From NCBI GenBank assembly GCA_037927135.1, contig JAXSPP010000002.1:64001-128000 (forward strand): a DNA stretch of 64,000 nucleotides, written 5' to 3'. A program made the position numbers and the translations under genes. The DNA is from Candidatus Pampinifervens sinense. GTDB taxonomy: Bacteria > Aquificota > Aquificia > Aquificales > Aquificaceae. Shown here in pieces: positions 29,725 through 39,231 of this stretch; the stretch's first letter is position 1; every line of letters starts with the position of its first letter. The notes beneath the pieces are model-generated. The model was not told the DNA's origin. It saw only the letters and a list, made by a program, of their open reading frames with translations, and searched no databases.

Positions 29725-30339
29725 ATGGTTAAAATCAAGCTTTGTGGCTTTACGAGAGAGGAGGACATAGAAAAAGCTGTAGAGTTTGGAGTGGACTATG
29801 TGGGAATAATCCTTTATGAGAAAAGCCCAAGGTATGTAAGCTGGGAAAGGCTAAAAGACCTTTTGTCTGTAGCCACTGGGGTCAAAAGGGTGGCCGTTAT
29901 GGTAAATCCTACATCAGAGGAAGTCTTAAGGGCCTTTGAGGTAGGCTTTGACCTCCTTCAGCTTCATGGAGAGGAAAGCTTAGAGTTTGCCAAGGCTATT
30001 GGACTAGATAGAGTTATAAAAGCCTTCAGAACTTGCCCAGGCCTTGAGGTCTCAAAAGAGTGGAAAAGTGCTTATGGTGTGCTTCTGGATGCCTGTTCTA
30101 AGCTTTACGGTGGAAGCGGGCAAGAGTCTGATTGGGAATTTGCCAAAGGCCTTGTGGAGGAGGGCTTTAAAGTGTTTTTGGCAGGAGGTCTTAGGCCAGA
30201 GAACGTAAAAGAGGCCATAAGAAGGGTCAGGCCTTATGCGGTGGATGTGTCTTCTGGCATAGAGTTAAGCCCTGGCATAAAGGACCATAAAAAGATGGAG
30301 GAGTTTGTGAATGCAGTTAAGAACGCATTTGAGGATTGA
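29725..30339 (+). CDS. trpF: Phosphoribosylanthranilate isomerase
   Basis: KIKLCG, SPRYV, QLHGEES, GGSG, LAGGLRPEN, VDVSSGIE; start at ATG 29725. Confidence 0.95.
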   Translation: MVKIKLCGFTREEDIEKAVEFGVDYVGIILYEKSPRYVSWERLKDLLSVATGVKRVAVMVNPTSEEVLRAFEVGFDLLQLHGEESLEFAKAIGLDRVIKAFRTCPGLEVSKEWKSAYGVLLDACSKLYGGSGQESDWEFAKGLVEEGFKVFLAGGLRPENVKEAIRRVRPYAVDVSSGIELSPGIKDHKKMEEFVNAVKNAFED

Positions 30340-30694
30340 TAGAAGTCTTAGCGGAGAGGTGGTAGAACTTTTAGAGGGCTATGCCAAGCTTAGACTAAGG
30401 ACGGATGAGAGAATGGTGGCGGATGATATGGGGCTTGTGCATGGAGGCTTTATCTTCTCCTTGGCTGACTTTTGCGCCATGGCATGCGTCAATGAACCCA
30501 ACGTGGTTTTGGCCCAAGCAAGCATAAGGTTTCTAAAGCCTGTAAAAGTTGGGGATGAGATCTTTGCGGAGGGGAGGATAATAAGGGAAGAGGGGAAGAA
30601 AAGGTGGGTGCAGGTGGAGGTAAAAAGGGGAGAGGAGAAGGTGGCAGAGGGGGAGTTCCTCTGCGTGGTGCCAGAGAGGCACGTGCTATCTTAG
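30311..30694 (+). CDS. PaaI-family hotdog thioesterase
   Basis: GLVHGGFIFSLAD, FLKPVKVGD. Confidence 0.88.
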   Translation: MQLRTHLRIDRSLSGEVVELLEGYAKLRLRTDERMVADDMGLVHGGFIFSLADFCAMACVNEPNVVLAQASIRFLKPVKVGDEIFAEGRIIREEGKKRWVQVEVKRGEEKVAEGEFLCVVPERHVLS

Positions 30695-31569
30695 TAAGAG
30701 TAAGAATAGACTCCCATTTTCCTGGCAAGCTCTTTTAGCCTTTCTATCCTCTTTTCTGTGGAGGGGTGTGTGGAGAAGAGTTCCCATATGCCTTGGCCGG
30801 AGAGTGGGTTTTCAATAAAGAGGTGGGCTGTGCCTTGATTTACCTCTGCGGGTATTTGATAGACATAGTTGTGTATCTTTTCTAAGGCGCTTGCCAAGGC
30901 AAGGGGGTCTCCGCTTATCCTTGCTCCAGTCTCGTCTGCCATATACTCCCTTGAACGGGATATGGCCAACTGTATTATGGTGGCTATGATGGGAGTTATG
31001 ATTATCATGGCTATGCTGGCTATGAGAGAAAGTGGATTGTTGTTATTTTCTCCTTCCCTTGAGTGGCCCAAAAGCAAGGCCCATTGGAACATGTTCACAA
31101 GGTAAGATATGGCTCCAGCTATGGTGGCTGCCATGGTGGCCACAAGCACGTCCCTGTTCTTTATGTGTCCTATCTCGTGTGCCAAAACTCCCCTTAGCTC
31201 ACGCTCGTCAAGGAGTCTCAGTATGCCAGAGGTAACTGCTACCGCACCGTTGGAAGGCCCTCTTCCTGTGGCAAAGGCGTTGGGCTGTTCCATAGGCACC
31301 AAGTATATCTTGGGCTTTGGTATGTTTGCCCTTTGGGCAAGTTCTTCTACCATCCTGTGGAGCCAAGGGGCCTCTTCATAGGGTATCTCCCTTGCACCAT
31401 ACATAGCAAGCACAATCTTATCGGAGAACCAGTAGGCTATAAAGTTCATAATGCCCGCCAGCACAAGGGCTATGGTCATACCCACCTTTCCACCTATAAG
31501 ATGACCTACAAAAAGGAAAAGGCCTGTGAGTGCTCCAAGCAGTATAACGCTCCTTATGGCATAACCCAT
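30691..31569 (-). CDS. htpX: Zinc metalloprotease HtpX
   Basis: QPNAFATG, HEIGH, SRSREYMAD, FSTHP. Confidence 0.95.
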   Translation of the reverse strand: MGYAIRSVILLGALTGLFLFVGHLIGGKVGMTIALVLAGIMNFIAYWFSDKIVLAMYGAREIPYEEAPWLHRMVEELAQRANIPKPKIYLVPMEQPNAFATGRGPSNGAVAVTSGILRLLDERELRGVLAHEIGHIKNRDVLVATMAATIAGAISYLVNMFQWALLLGHSREGENNNNPLSLIASIAMIIITPIIATIIQLAISRSREYMADETGARISGDPLALASALEKIHNYVYQIPAEVNQGTAHLFIENPLSGQGIWELFSTHPSTEKRIERLKELARKMGVYSYSY

Positions 31570-31678
31570 GGCTCACTCATCAGTATCCAAGCCTGTTTAA
31601 ACAGGCTTGGGCTGGGGTATTTATATCCCGCCTTTTAAAAGGTACGGACTGCCCCAGCAGGCGGTATTAGCCCGTACC
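31570..31678 (-). ncRNA. Candidate structured cis-regulatory leader of htpX (unknown class)
   Basis: 10-bp stem 31669-31678/31641-31650, loop complementary to two downstream segments, perfect 24-bp palindrome 31587-31610. Confidence 0.45.
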
Positions 31679-31714
31679 AATTTTATTATATTAATAGCTC
31701 CTTGCCTTTGGATG

Positions 31715-32440
31715 TCAATGCCACAGCCCCAAATAGACCTTCCTGACTACATCCTTTGATAACAGATCCTCCACGTCCCCCTCTGCTATCAGCCTTTCCA
31801 AATCCAACACATATCCTCTTCTGCATAACACCCTTGCTAAATAAACTTCCTGCTCTACAAGAAGCAAAGATATACCTTCTTTAAGGTTTATTTCCCTTAA
31901 AATCTCCCCAAGCCTGTCTGCCACCTTAGGTGAAAGACCCAAAGAAAGCTCATCTATCATAAGAAGTTTGGGTTCGGACATGTAGGCCCTTCCTATAGAA
32001 AGCATCCTTTGAAACCCTCCGGAAAGCTCACCAGCCAGCTTTTTTCTGACTTCGGCCAGCTCAGGGAAGAAGCTATAAACCTTTTCTAGCCTATCTTTAA
32101 GGCCCTTTCGTTTTACGTAAGCTCCCATAACGAGGTTTTCTTCCACCGTCATATCCAAAAAGAGGTTCTTTGTATCGCTTGCAAGGGCTATTCCAAGCCT
32201 TAGTCTTTCATAGGGACTAAGGCTAGAAACTTCTATACCTTTAAATTCTATGCTACCCTTCCATGGTTTTAAGAGCCCAGCTATGGTTTTTAAGAGGGTG
32301 CTTTTCCCAGATCCGTTTGAACCGAAAACTACAATTGCCTCCCCATCATAAAGCGTGAGGTTTATCTCACTCAAGACCAACATATCACCATAACCCACAC
32401 TCAAATCTTCAACCTTCAAAAGCAAGGTACCTTTCACCAA
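31715..32440 (-). CDS. Branched-chain amino acid-type ABC transporter ATPase (LivF-like)
   Basis: GSNGSGKST, LSGGFQRM, DELSLGLSP, LLVEQ. Confidence 0.88.
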   Translation of the reverse strand: MVKGTLLLKVEDLSVGYGDMLVLSEINLTLYDGEAIVVFGSNGSGKSTLLKTIAGLLKPWKGSIEFKGIEVSSLSPYERLRLGIALASDTKNLFLDMTVEENLVMGAYVKRKGLKDRLEKVYSFFPELAEVRKKLAGELSGGFQRMLSIGRAYMSEPKLLMIDELSLGLSPKVADRLGEILREINLKEGISLLLVEQEVYLARVLCRRGYVLDLERLIAEGDVEDLLSKDVVRKVYLGLWH

Positions 32441-33128
32441 GATAGGCCCTCCTGACCTCTTTGTCCTCCATCATTCCCTCTAAGCTACCATGATAGATTA
32501 TCTTTCCCTCATGGAGTACAAGCACCCTATCTACGAGCCCAACAAGGGCTTTTATCACATGCTCCACCATGAGTATACTAATACCTTCCTCCTTCAACCC
32601 CTTTAAAACACCTTGTATCTCTCTTATAGATGCTGGATTTAGACCTGCAAAGATTTCATCTAGAAGGAGTAGAGAAGGTGAAAGGGCTAACGATCTTGCA
32701 AGCTCAAGCCTTTTCCTCTGTGCCAATGAAAGTTCAGAACCTTTCCTATGTCTCAATTCATACAACCCTACCTTTTTTAAAATCTCCTCCACTTTTACAT
32801 TACCTTGAATATGGTGGCATACTATCTCCACATTTTCTAAGACCTTTAAATTCCAAAAGGGCTTCGGGATTTGAAAGGTCCTTCCTATTCCAAGCCTTGC
32901 CCTCTTGTATGGTGGCAATCTGCTTATATCAATACCTTTAAAGCGTATTTCACCAGAATCTTGCCTCACCAAACCTGATAGAATGTTCAAAAGCGTTGTC
33001 TTTCCAGAACCATTGGGGCCCAAAAGGCCAACAATCTCACCCTTTTTCATACTAAAGCTCACACCTTCTAAAACTCGGTTCCCACCGAAGGACTTCTTTA
33101 CATCTATCACTTCTAAAACCTTTTCCAT
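32409..33128 (-). CDS. Branched-chain amino acid-type ABC transporter ATPase (LivG-like)
   Basis: GPNGSGKTT, RTFQIPKPF, LLDEIFAGL, MVEH; start taken at ATG 33128. Confidence 0.88.
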   Translation of the reverse strand: MEKVLEVIDVKKSFGGNRVLEGVSFSMKKGEIVGLLGPNGSGKTTLLNILSGLVRQDSGEIRFKGIDISRLPPYKRARLGIGRTFQIPKPFWNLKVLENVEIVCHHIQGNVKVEEILKKVGLYELRHRKGSELSLAQRKRLELARSLALSPSLLLLDEIFAGLNPASIREIQGVLKGLKEEGISILMVEHVIKALVGLVDRVLVLHEGKIIYHGSLEGMMEDKEVRRAYLGERYLAFEG

Positions 33129-33997
33129 GATATTCCCTTTGGGAAGGTTAGTATAAGTAAAACTATAGCTAAACCAAGGAAAAGTCCGTGAAGCACAAGG
33201 AACCTGCTCCAAAGCATTTCAAAAATAGCTTCAAAGATGAAGGACCAAAGAAGGGGACCATGGACTGGTGAAGATAGGGAGAGGGTGAGTATAAAGAAGG
33301 TTTTTACAGAAAGCATTGGATTGAAGAGGGTAGGAGCATCCACATAGGCGTTCCAGAAGGAAAATACTCCACCAGCTATGCCAAGGAAGAGGGCCATGAT
33401 TACAAAGGCAAGAGATCTGTAAAGCGTAGTGTTTATACCTATACTCATGGCCGTTATCTCATCTTCCCTTATGGCTTTTATTGTCAATCCAAGCCTTGAT
33501 CTTTCAAGGAAAAGGGTAAGCAGAAGTAGGACGGAGAGTAGTATTAGGGATGAATAGTAGGAGATTAGGTTTGAGTCTTTGGGAACGTTGAAGGCTATCC
33601 CCATTGTTCCTCCTGTTATCTCAAGGTTTTGGGCAAGTTCCATAAGACAAAGCTGGAGTGCTAGAGTGGCTATAGCAAAATAGTGGCTTTTTAGCCTCAT
33701 GATTATGGGTGCTACAAGGATGGCCAAAAGGGATGAGGATAGGCCACCAAGTATTAAAGAAAGGGGAAAAGGAAGGTTGTAGCTGTTGTAAAGGATGGAA
33801 AAGGCATAGGCACCAAAGCCAAAGAAGGCTATGCCACCAAAGGCTGGGTAGCCAAGGAAGTAAAAGAGTAAATTATGTGAGTAAGAAAGACAAGCCAAGA
33901 GCATAAAAGAGGTCAAAAGGCGTAGCCAGTAGGGATTTAGTTCAAAGGGCAAAAGTAGGAGAATAAAGATAGGTATGAAGGGGCTAAGCCTTTTCAT
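33113..33997 (-). CDS. ABC permease (LivM-like)
   Basis: RLKSHYFAIATLA, ITGG, AIREDE; start taken at ATG 33997. Confidence 0.88.
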   Translation of the reverse strand: MKRLSPFIPIFILLLLPFELNPYWLRLLTSFMLLACLSYSHNLLFYFLGYPAFGGIAFFGFGAYAFSILYNSYNLPFPLSLILGGLSSSLLAILVAPIIMRLKSHYFAIATLALQLCLMELAQNLEITGGTMGIAFNVPKDSNLISYYSSLILLSVLLLLTLFLERSRLGLTIKAIREDEITAMSIGINTTLYRSLAFVIMALFLGIAGGVFSFWNAYVDAPTLFNPMLSVKTFFILTLSLSSPVHGPLLWSFIFEAIFEMLWSRFLVLHGLFLGLAIVLLILTFPKGISWKRF

Positions 33998-34856
33998 GGT
34001 ATTTGATCCCAAAAAGGCCTCTAGGTTTAAAAAGTAAAAAGGCTATTAAAAGCAGTAGTGTGGTCATATCCTTCCACTGTTCTCCCAGATAAAACCCAGA
34101 GAAGACTTCAGACAAAGAAAGGATTAGGCTACCGAAGAAGAGACCACTTGTGCTTCCAAGACCTGCTATTATGCATATCAAAAAGGCCCTTATGGTGAGC
34201 CATCCAGATTCAAAAGGTGTAAAGCCTTGAAGCATGGCGTAAAAACTTCCAGAAAAAAGCGCCAAAGCTGTGGCAATACCCGTGCTTATCATAAAGGCCC
34301 TTTTGGGGTCCACACCACAAAGTTGAGCTCCCACAGCATCTAAAGAAATGGCCCTTATGGCCTTCCCTGTCCATGAGTACTTTAGAAAGATATAGAGTGC
34401 AAGGACAGATAAGAGGGAGAGTAGAAAGACCAAGAGCCTGTTTAACGGTATGATAAGGCTTGCTATGAATAAGGAGGAGCCTTCAAAGGGAAGGCTTATG
34501 GACCTTATGTCCGCTTTGAATATAAGGTTTAAAAGGTTGGTTATTATCACATCAAGGCCAAAAGTAAGCACAAGCACGGTAAAAGGTTCGTAGGACATGA
34601 GCCTGTTTATAAAAAGGGTTTGTAGGAGGACTCCAAAGACAAAGCCAAGGGGGAGCAATAGTGGAGAAAGGAGTAAGGGATCAAGACCCAGTACATACAT
34701 GGTATAAGATATGTATGCACCTAAGATTATGAAGGATCCATAGGCCAGGTTTATTATGCCCGTCACACCCCACATTAGGGAGAAGCCAGAGGATATGAGG
34801 GTATAAAAACCGGAAAGAAGCAAGGCGTCTATAAAAAGTTGAAATACTATCTCCAT
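33984..34856 (-). CDS. ABC permease (LivH-like)
   Basis: GFSLMWGVTGIINLAYG, GKAIRA, KPRGLFG. Confidence 0.88.
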   Translation of the reverse strand: MEIVFQLFIDALLLSGFYTLISSGFSLMWGVTGIINLAYGSFIILGAYISYTMYVLGLDPLLLSPLLLPLGFVFGVLLQTLFINRLMSYEPFTVLVLTFGLDVIITNLLNLIFKADIRSISLPFEGSSLFIASLIIPLNRLLVFLLSLLSVLALYIFLKYSWTGKAIRAISLDAVGAQLCGVDPKRAFMISTGIATALALFSGSFYAMLQGFTPFESGWLTIRAFLICIIAGLGSTSGLFFGSLILSLSEVFSGFYLGEQWKDMTTLLLLIAFLLFKPRGLFGIKYHEKA

Positions 34857-36022
34857 ACAGGCTTAGGGTATACAGGTTCAGCTTCCTTTATAGGGTAAAC
34901 GGTTATTTGGCGACCCTTTTGTATTTGAATTATGGCCATAGGCTTTGTATTTACCTTGCCAGTCTCATCAAAGCCTATAACTCCAAACAAGGTTTCCACC
35001 CTGTTTTTAGCAAGGGCTTCCCTTACCTTGGAAACATCCAAGCTTTTTGCCTTCTCTATAGCCTTTTGGAAGACTATGCCGGCGGCTACTGCACCAGCTA
35101 CATGATACTCTGGATCCTCCTTAAACCTTTCTCTGTATATCTTCACAAACTCCTCAGTGTTTCCAAAGAGTGGATCCTTATACTTTAGAGCTGGGCTCCA
35201 TTGTACAGGTCCAAATATTCCTTCCGCATCCTCTCCCAAGGATTGCACAAAGGCTGGTAGGGCAGGGCCAACAGTTAGGCCTAGAAACTTTGGATTGACT
35301 CTGAACTGCTTTAGTTGCTTAACTAAGAGCACAGAGTCAGCAAAATGGCCTGAACCTATTATTATGTCTGGCTTATGAAGTCTGATCTTTTGAATAAGGC
35401 TTGAGAGGTCTTGAGCTTCTTTTGGATAGCCTTCAAAAAGAACCACCTTTAAACCCTTTCTCTTCGCATGTTCATAAGCACCTTTTGCGGCATCTTCGGC
35501 AAAGATGTCCTTTTCATAAACTATGGCTATGGTCCTTAGATTTTTATCCAAACGTGTGGCAAGCTCCACAAGGTCTTTCCCATAATCTGGTGCAGTAGTA
35601 TACAGACCAAAGACGTTCTTGTAGCCTTTTTTGTATATCTCACTGGAGGCACCACCAGCCTGAACCATAAGGGCACCATACTTTTCCACTATGGGTGCTG
35701 CCGCAAAGACCTGAGCACTTCCATAGGGACCCAGTATAAACTTAACACCATCCTGTATTATAAGCCTCTCTACAAGCCTTGCAGTGGTTGTAGGATCACT
35801 CTGATCATCATAGTAGATGATCTCCACCTTATACCTCTTGTCCCCAACCTTTATGCCACCACCCTCATTCACCTTTTCCTTCCAAAGGTCATAGCCTCTT
35901 TTCAGTAGCTGACCCTCTTTTGCAAGTTTGCCAGTGAGTGATACGGCAGCACCAAACTTTATAACATCCTGAGTCCATGCAAGACTGAAAAGTATTAGGA
36001 GAAAAGCAATCAACCCCCTCAT
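34847..36022 (-). CDS. ABC substrate-binding protein (LivK/LivJ superfamily)
   Basis: Signal peptide, SLTGKLA, YDDQSDP, LGPYGS; start taken at ATG 36022. Confidence 0.88.
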   Translation of the reverse strand: MRGLIAFLLILFSLAWTQDVIKFGAAVSLTGKLAKEGQLLKRGYDLWKEKVNEGGGIKVGDKRYKVEIIYYDDQSDPTTTARLVERLIIQDGVKFILGPYGSAQVFAAAPIVEKYGALMVQAGGASSEIYKKGYKNVFGLYTTAPDYGKDLVELATRLDKNLRTIAIVYEKDIFAEDAAKGAYEHAKRKGLKVVLFEGYPKEAQDLSSLIQKIRLHKPDIIIGSGHFADSVLLVKQLKQFRVNPKFLGLTVGPALPAFVQSLGEDAEGIFGPVQWSPALKYKDPLFGNTEEFVKIYRERFKEDPEYHVAGAVAAGIVFQKAIEKAKSLDVSKVREALAKNRVETLFGVIGFDETGKVNTKPMAIIQIQKGRQITVYPIKEAEPVYPKPVWR

Positions 36023-36056
36023 AACTTTCAATTTTATCATAATATTGAATATTGTC

Positions 36057-37169
36057 ATGAGGAGGTTTTTTGAAAAGGTTCCAGAACACCTCTGGCGTAG
36101 CTACCAGTGGCAGATTCAAAACAGGATAAAGACAAAGGAAGAGCTAAAAAGATATATAAAGCTTACAAGGGAAGAGGAGGAAGGCATAGATAAGACAAAG
36201 GGACTTTATCCAATGGCCATTACTCCCTACTACCTTTCCCTCATGGACCCAGAGGACCCTCAAGACCCCATAAGGCTACAGGCAGTACCAAGAGCTGTAG
36301 AGGTGGATGAAAGGGTCCAATCTTACGGTGAGCCAGACCCCTTCAGAGAAGAGGGAGACATTCCAGGTCTTACACACCGATACCCCGACAGAGTTCTTTT
36401 TACCCTTACCACCTTTTGTGCAGTGTACTGTAGACACTGTATGAGGAAAAGGATCTTTCAGGAAGGAGAGAGGGCAAGGACAAAGGAAGAGATTGATAGG
36501 TTCATAGAATATCTAAAAAAACACGAGGAAGTAAGAGAAGTGCTTTTATCTGGTGGTGAGCCACTTTCTGTAAGCAACGAGAAGCTAAACTATGTGCTTT
36601 CAAGGATAAGGGAGGTGCCCCATGTGGAGATAATAAGGATAGGAACAAGGCTTCCGGTGTTGGCACCTCAAAGGTTCTTTGATGAGGAGCTTCTAAATAT
36701 CTTAGAAAAGCATTCACCCATATGGATAAACACCCACTTTAACCACCCCAAGGAGATAACGGAGGAGTCTGCAGAGGCCATAGAGAGGCTATTAAGGCAT
36801 GGCATTCCTGTGAACAACCAAACGGTGCTTTTAAAGGGTGTAAACGATGACCCAGAGACAATGCTGAGGCTTTTTAGAGAACTGCTTAGGATAAAGGTGA
36901 GGCCTGTTTATCTCTTTCACTGCGACCCTGTAAAGGGTGCGGTGCATTTTAGAACGAGCTTGGAAAAGGGCCTTGAGATAATGGAGTATTTGAGAGGGAA
37001 GATTTCTGGCATGGGCATACCTACCTATGCGGTAGACCTGCCCGGCGGAAAGGGCAAGGTGCCAATAAGCCCCAATTATATAATCCAAAAGGATGGAGAC
37101 ACATACACCTTTAGAAGCCCCCTTGGTGGTATTGTAGAATACACTATTTCCGATGTGGAAGTATTTTAA
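36057..37169 (+). CDS. KamA-family radical SAM/PLP aminomutase (lysine 2,3-aminomutase-like)
   Basis: THRYPDR, CAVYCRHC, LSGGEP, NQTVLLKGVND, PGGKGK. Confidence 0.92.
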   Translation: MRRFFEKVPEHLWRSYQWQIQNRIKTKEELKRYIKLTREEEEGIDKTKGLYPMAITPYYLSLMDPEDPQDPIRLQAVPRAVEVDERVQSYGEPDPFREEGDIPGLTHRYPDRVLFTLTTFCAVYCRHCMRKRIFQEGERARTKEEIDRFIEYLKKHEEVREVLLSGGEPLSVSNEKLNYVLSRIREVPHVEIIRIGTRLPVLAPQRFFDEELLNILEKHSPIWINTHFNHPKEITEESAEAIERLLRHGIPVNNQTVLLKGVNDDPETMLRLFRELLRIKVRPVYLFHCDPVKGAVHFRTSLEKGLEIMEYLRGKISGMGIPTYAVDLPGGKGKVPISPNYIIQKDGDTYTFRSPLGGIVEYTISDVEVF

Positions 37170-37917
37170 GGCTTTGTTTTTATCTTTAATTGATGCACTT
37201 AAAGGAGAGGTGGGCTATCACAGCGCCTCTTTAACCTATCAATTCCTCACGGTAATCGGCTCTCTTGTTATATTACTTGCCTTTTTATCCATGTATTTGC
37301 CCTTCCTTGACCCTATGAAAGTCTATCAATACCTTCAAGGCCTTATCCCTTCTTATGCGGAAGATATACTGAATAAAATACTCCCTGCTTATGAAAAAAA
37401 GGCAACTGGTTCCATCCTTTCTTTGGTACTTGCTTACTACTTTTCTCTATCCTTTGCCAAGTCTTTGAACACAGCCTTTGGGTTTGTTTATGGGAAAAAA
37501 CCTGTAGAAAGGGAAGTTTTCTTTTGGACGGTAATGCCCCTTATGATGGTCTTTTATACCCTTCTTCTTTCTGTGGCCATAGTCCTGCTTACCGTAAGCA
37601 AAGCCCTCCTTGGTGGCATATACTACAGGATTGCGGAGCTATTTAACCTATTTATCATATTCCTTGTGCTTACCATGCTCTATTCCTTGTATTTCAAGCT
37701 TAAGAGAGCTACCCTTATTGCCTCAGGCCTTGTGGCCCTTATGCTCTTTTTCTTGAATAAGGCCTTTTCTCTCATAGTGGTCAAGATGGTTAGCCTTAGC
37801 CCCCTCTATAGCATAATAGGGTCTCCCCTTCTTTTGCTTATGTGGCTCTATTACTCTTTCTTTTGCCTTTTGGTGGGTGTGAGGATCATAGCCAGATTAG
37901 ACCAACTTTTCCAGTAG
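37153..37917 (+). CDS. YihY/BrkB family membrane protein
   Basis: SASLTYQ, six TMs, LYSIIGS..LLLMWLY. Confidence 0.8.
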   Translation: MWKYFKALFLSLIDALKGEVGYHSASLTYQFLTVIGSLVILLAFLSMYLPFLDPMKVYQYLQGLIPSYAEDILNKILPAYEKKATGSILSLVLAYYFSLSFAKSLNTAFGFVYGKKPVEREVFFWTVMPLMMVFYTLLLSVAIVLLTVSKALLGGIYYRIAELFNLFIIFLVLTMLYSLYFKLKRATLIASGLVALMLFFLNKAFSLIVVKMVSLSPLYSIIGSPLLLLMWLYYSFFCLLVGVRIIARLDQLFQ

Positions 37918-38265
37918 ATTGTTGGCTCCGTTTAGCTTCTGGTATGCGCTGGAGATTACATAGTATATCTGCTCGCCTTCCGCTATGGAGAGGTCATAAA
38001 GGGTGATACTGAGGTCCTTTAGCACTTGGTAAAGGGTTGTATATAAGCTTTCATCCAGCTTTTTCTCTGGGTTGGGTATTTCCTTGTAGGTCTTCATTAT
38101 ATAATCGCACATGCCCTTTATACTCTTGGCTATGTTGATTATCTCCGGGTCGTGCGCATACATTTGTATAACTTCCGCATACCTTTCCTCTATCTCCTGG
38201 TAGGTGCTTCTAAAAAGCATATCCTCTAAAAAGAACAGCTCTTTACCCATGGCTAATCCTCTCAT
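37897..38265 (-). CDS. Hypothetical helical protein
   Basis: 122-aa ORF filling the gap; plausible composition. Confidence 0.6.
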   Translation of the reverse strand: MRGLAMGKELFFLEDMLFRSTYQEIEERYAEVIQMYAHDPEIINIAKSIKGMCDYIMKTYKEIPNPEKKLDESLYTTLYQVLKDLSITLYDLSIAEGEQIYYVISSAYQKLNGANNLLEKLV

Positions 38266-38292
38266 ATAAATATGGTCTTTTGAGATACATTT

Positions 38293-38745
38293 TCAACTGG
38301 CATGACTGTCCAAAAAGGATAGTATTTCTGACAAGTTATTGGCTTGACGCAGTCCTTCTATGTTATGGGTTTTATAACCGATTATGGGCTTTCCCAAAAT
38401 AAGGGCATAGGCTATTTCTGACAGAGTTCCCCAGTTGCCACCTATGGCTACCACCACATCACCACTGGCTACCACTAATGGATTCCTGTTCCAGCTCATA
38501 CCAGTCCTAATCTTTATATCCACATACGGATTTGCCTCCTCACCTTCGTAGGAAGGAAGGATGCCCACCGTTAGCCCTCCCATCTCCTTTGCACCCTTGC
38601 ACACCGCCTCCATCACACCACCCCTCCCACCGCATACCACCACCCATCCCCTCTTGGCTATCTCTTTGCCAAGCTCATAGGCTATCTTGTATTCCTCTTC
38701 CTCAGGCTTTGCCTTTGAAGAGCCTATAACCGCCACCTGCCTCAT
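38293..38745 (-). CDS. TIGR00725/LOG-like Rossmann-fold nucleotide-binding protein
   Basis: CGGRGGVMEA, VGILP, RN, GGNWGTLSE. Confidence 0.88.
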   Translation of the reverse strand: MRQVAVIGSSKAKPEEEEYKIAYELGKEIAKRGWVVVCGGRGGVMEAVCKGAKEMGGLTVGILPSYEGEEANPYVDIKIRTGMSWNRNPLVVASGDVVVAIGGNWGTLSEIAYALILGKPIIGYKTHNIEGLRQANNLSEILSFLDSHAS

Positions 38746-38826
38746 GGTTTTTAAGTATATTATGCTAAAACTTTTTGAGACAAATAACCCTTGCCCTTAA
38801 TATGGGCTTGTTCTAAAATTTTAACT

Positions 38827-39231
38827 ATGCCACACTTGACCATTGAGGTATTACAGCTACTGGAAGAGAAGCTTGGAAAGGAGGAAGCTAAAAAGGTAGC
38901 AGAGGCTATTGAACTCGCCTTAGAAAGCATAGAAGAGAAAGCCAAGGATGCGGCACTACAGAAAAAGCTGGAATTAAAGGAAGAGCTTACAAAAGAACTG
39001 GCAACAAAGGTGGACTTGCAAGTATTAAAGGCTGAGCTTGAGGCAAGGATAGAAAAAGAAGTATTAAGGCTAAGGGAAGAGATACTCAAGCTTGACAGGA
39101 AGTTCACCATAATGTTTTTAATACTGCTTTTTGCCATAATCCTTTTAAACAAGAATGCCTTAGAGTTTATAGCAAGGCTTTTGGCCTTATTAAGTGATGC
39201 TTTAGGCCCTAATTTTCTCCTTTTCTGTTAA
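38827..39231 (+). CDS. DUF1640/CCDC90-like coiled-coil protein with C-terminal TM
   Basis: [10 protein letters not shown] head, ELATKVDL neck, coiled coil, [17 protein letters not shown]. Confidence 0.7.
   Translation: MPHLTIEVLQLLEEKLGKEEAKKVAEAIELALESIEEKAKDAALQKKLELKEELTKELATKVDLQVLKAELEARIEKEVLRLREEILKLDRKFTIMFLILLFAIILLNKNALEFIARLLALLSDALGPNFLLFC

Noticed and set aside
31570-31678. Hammerhead, twister or HDV ribozyme in the htpX leader (CUGAUGAG, CCCAAGC seen)
   Set aside because: No GAAA core for a hammerhead, no GAGGG partner for twister, no P1.1/P4 for HDV; no CIRCE operator either
38760-39152. 130-aa Ser-rich minus-strand ORF
   Set aside because: Antisense of the Glu/Lys-rich coiled-coil gene
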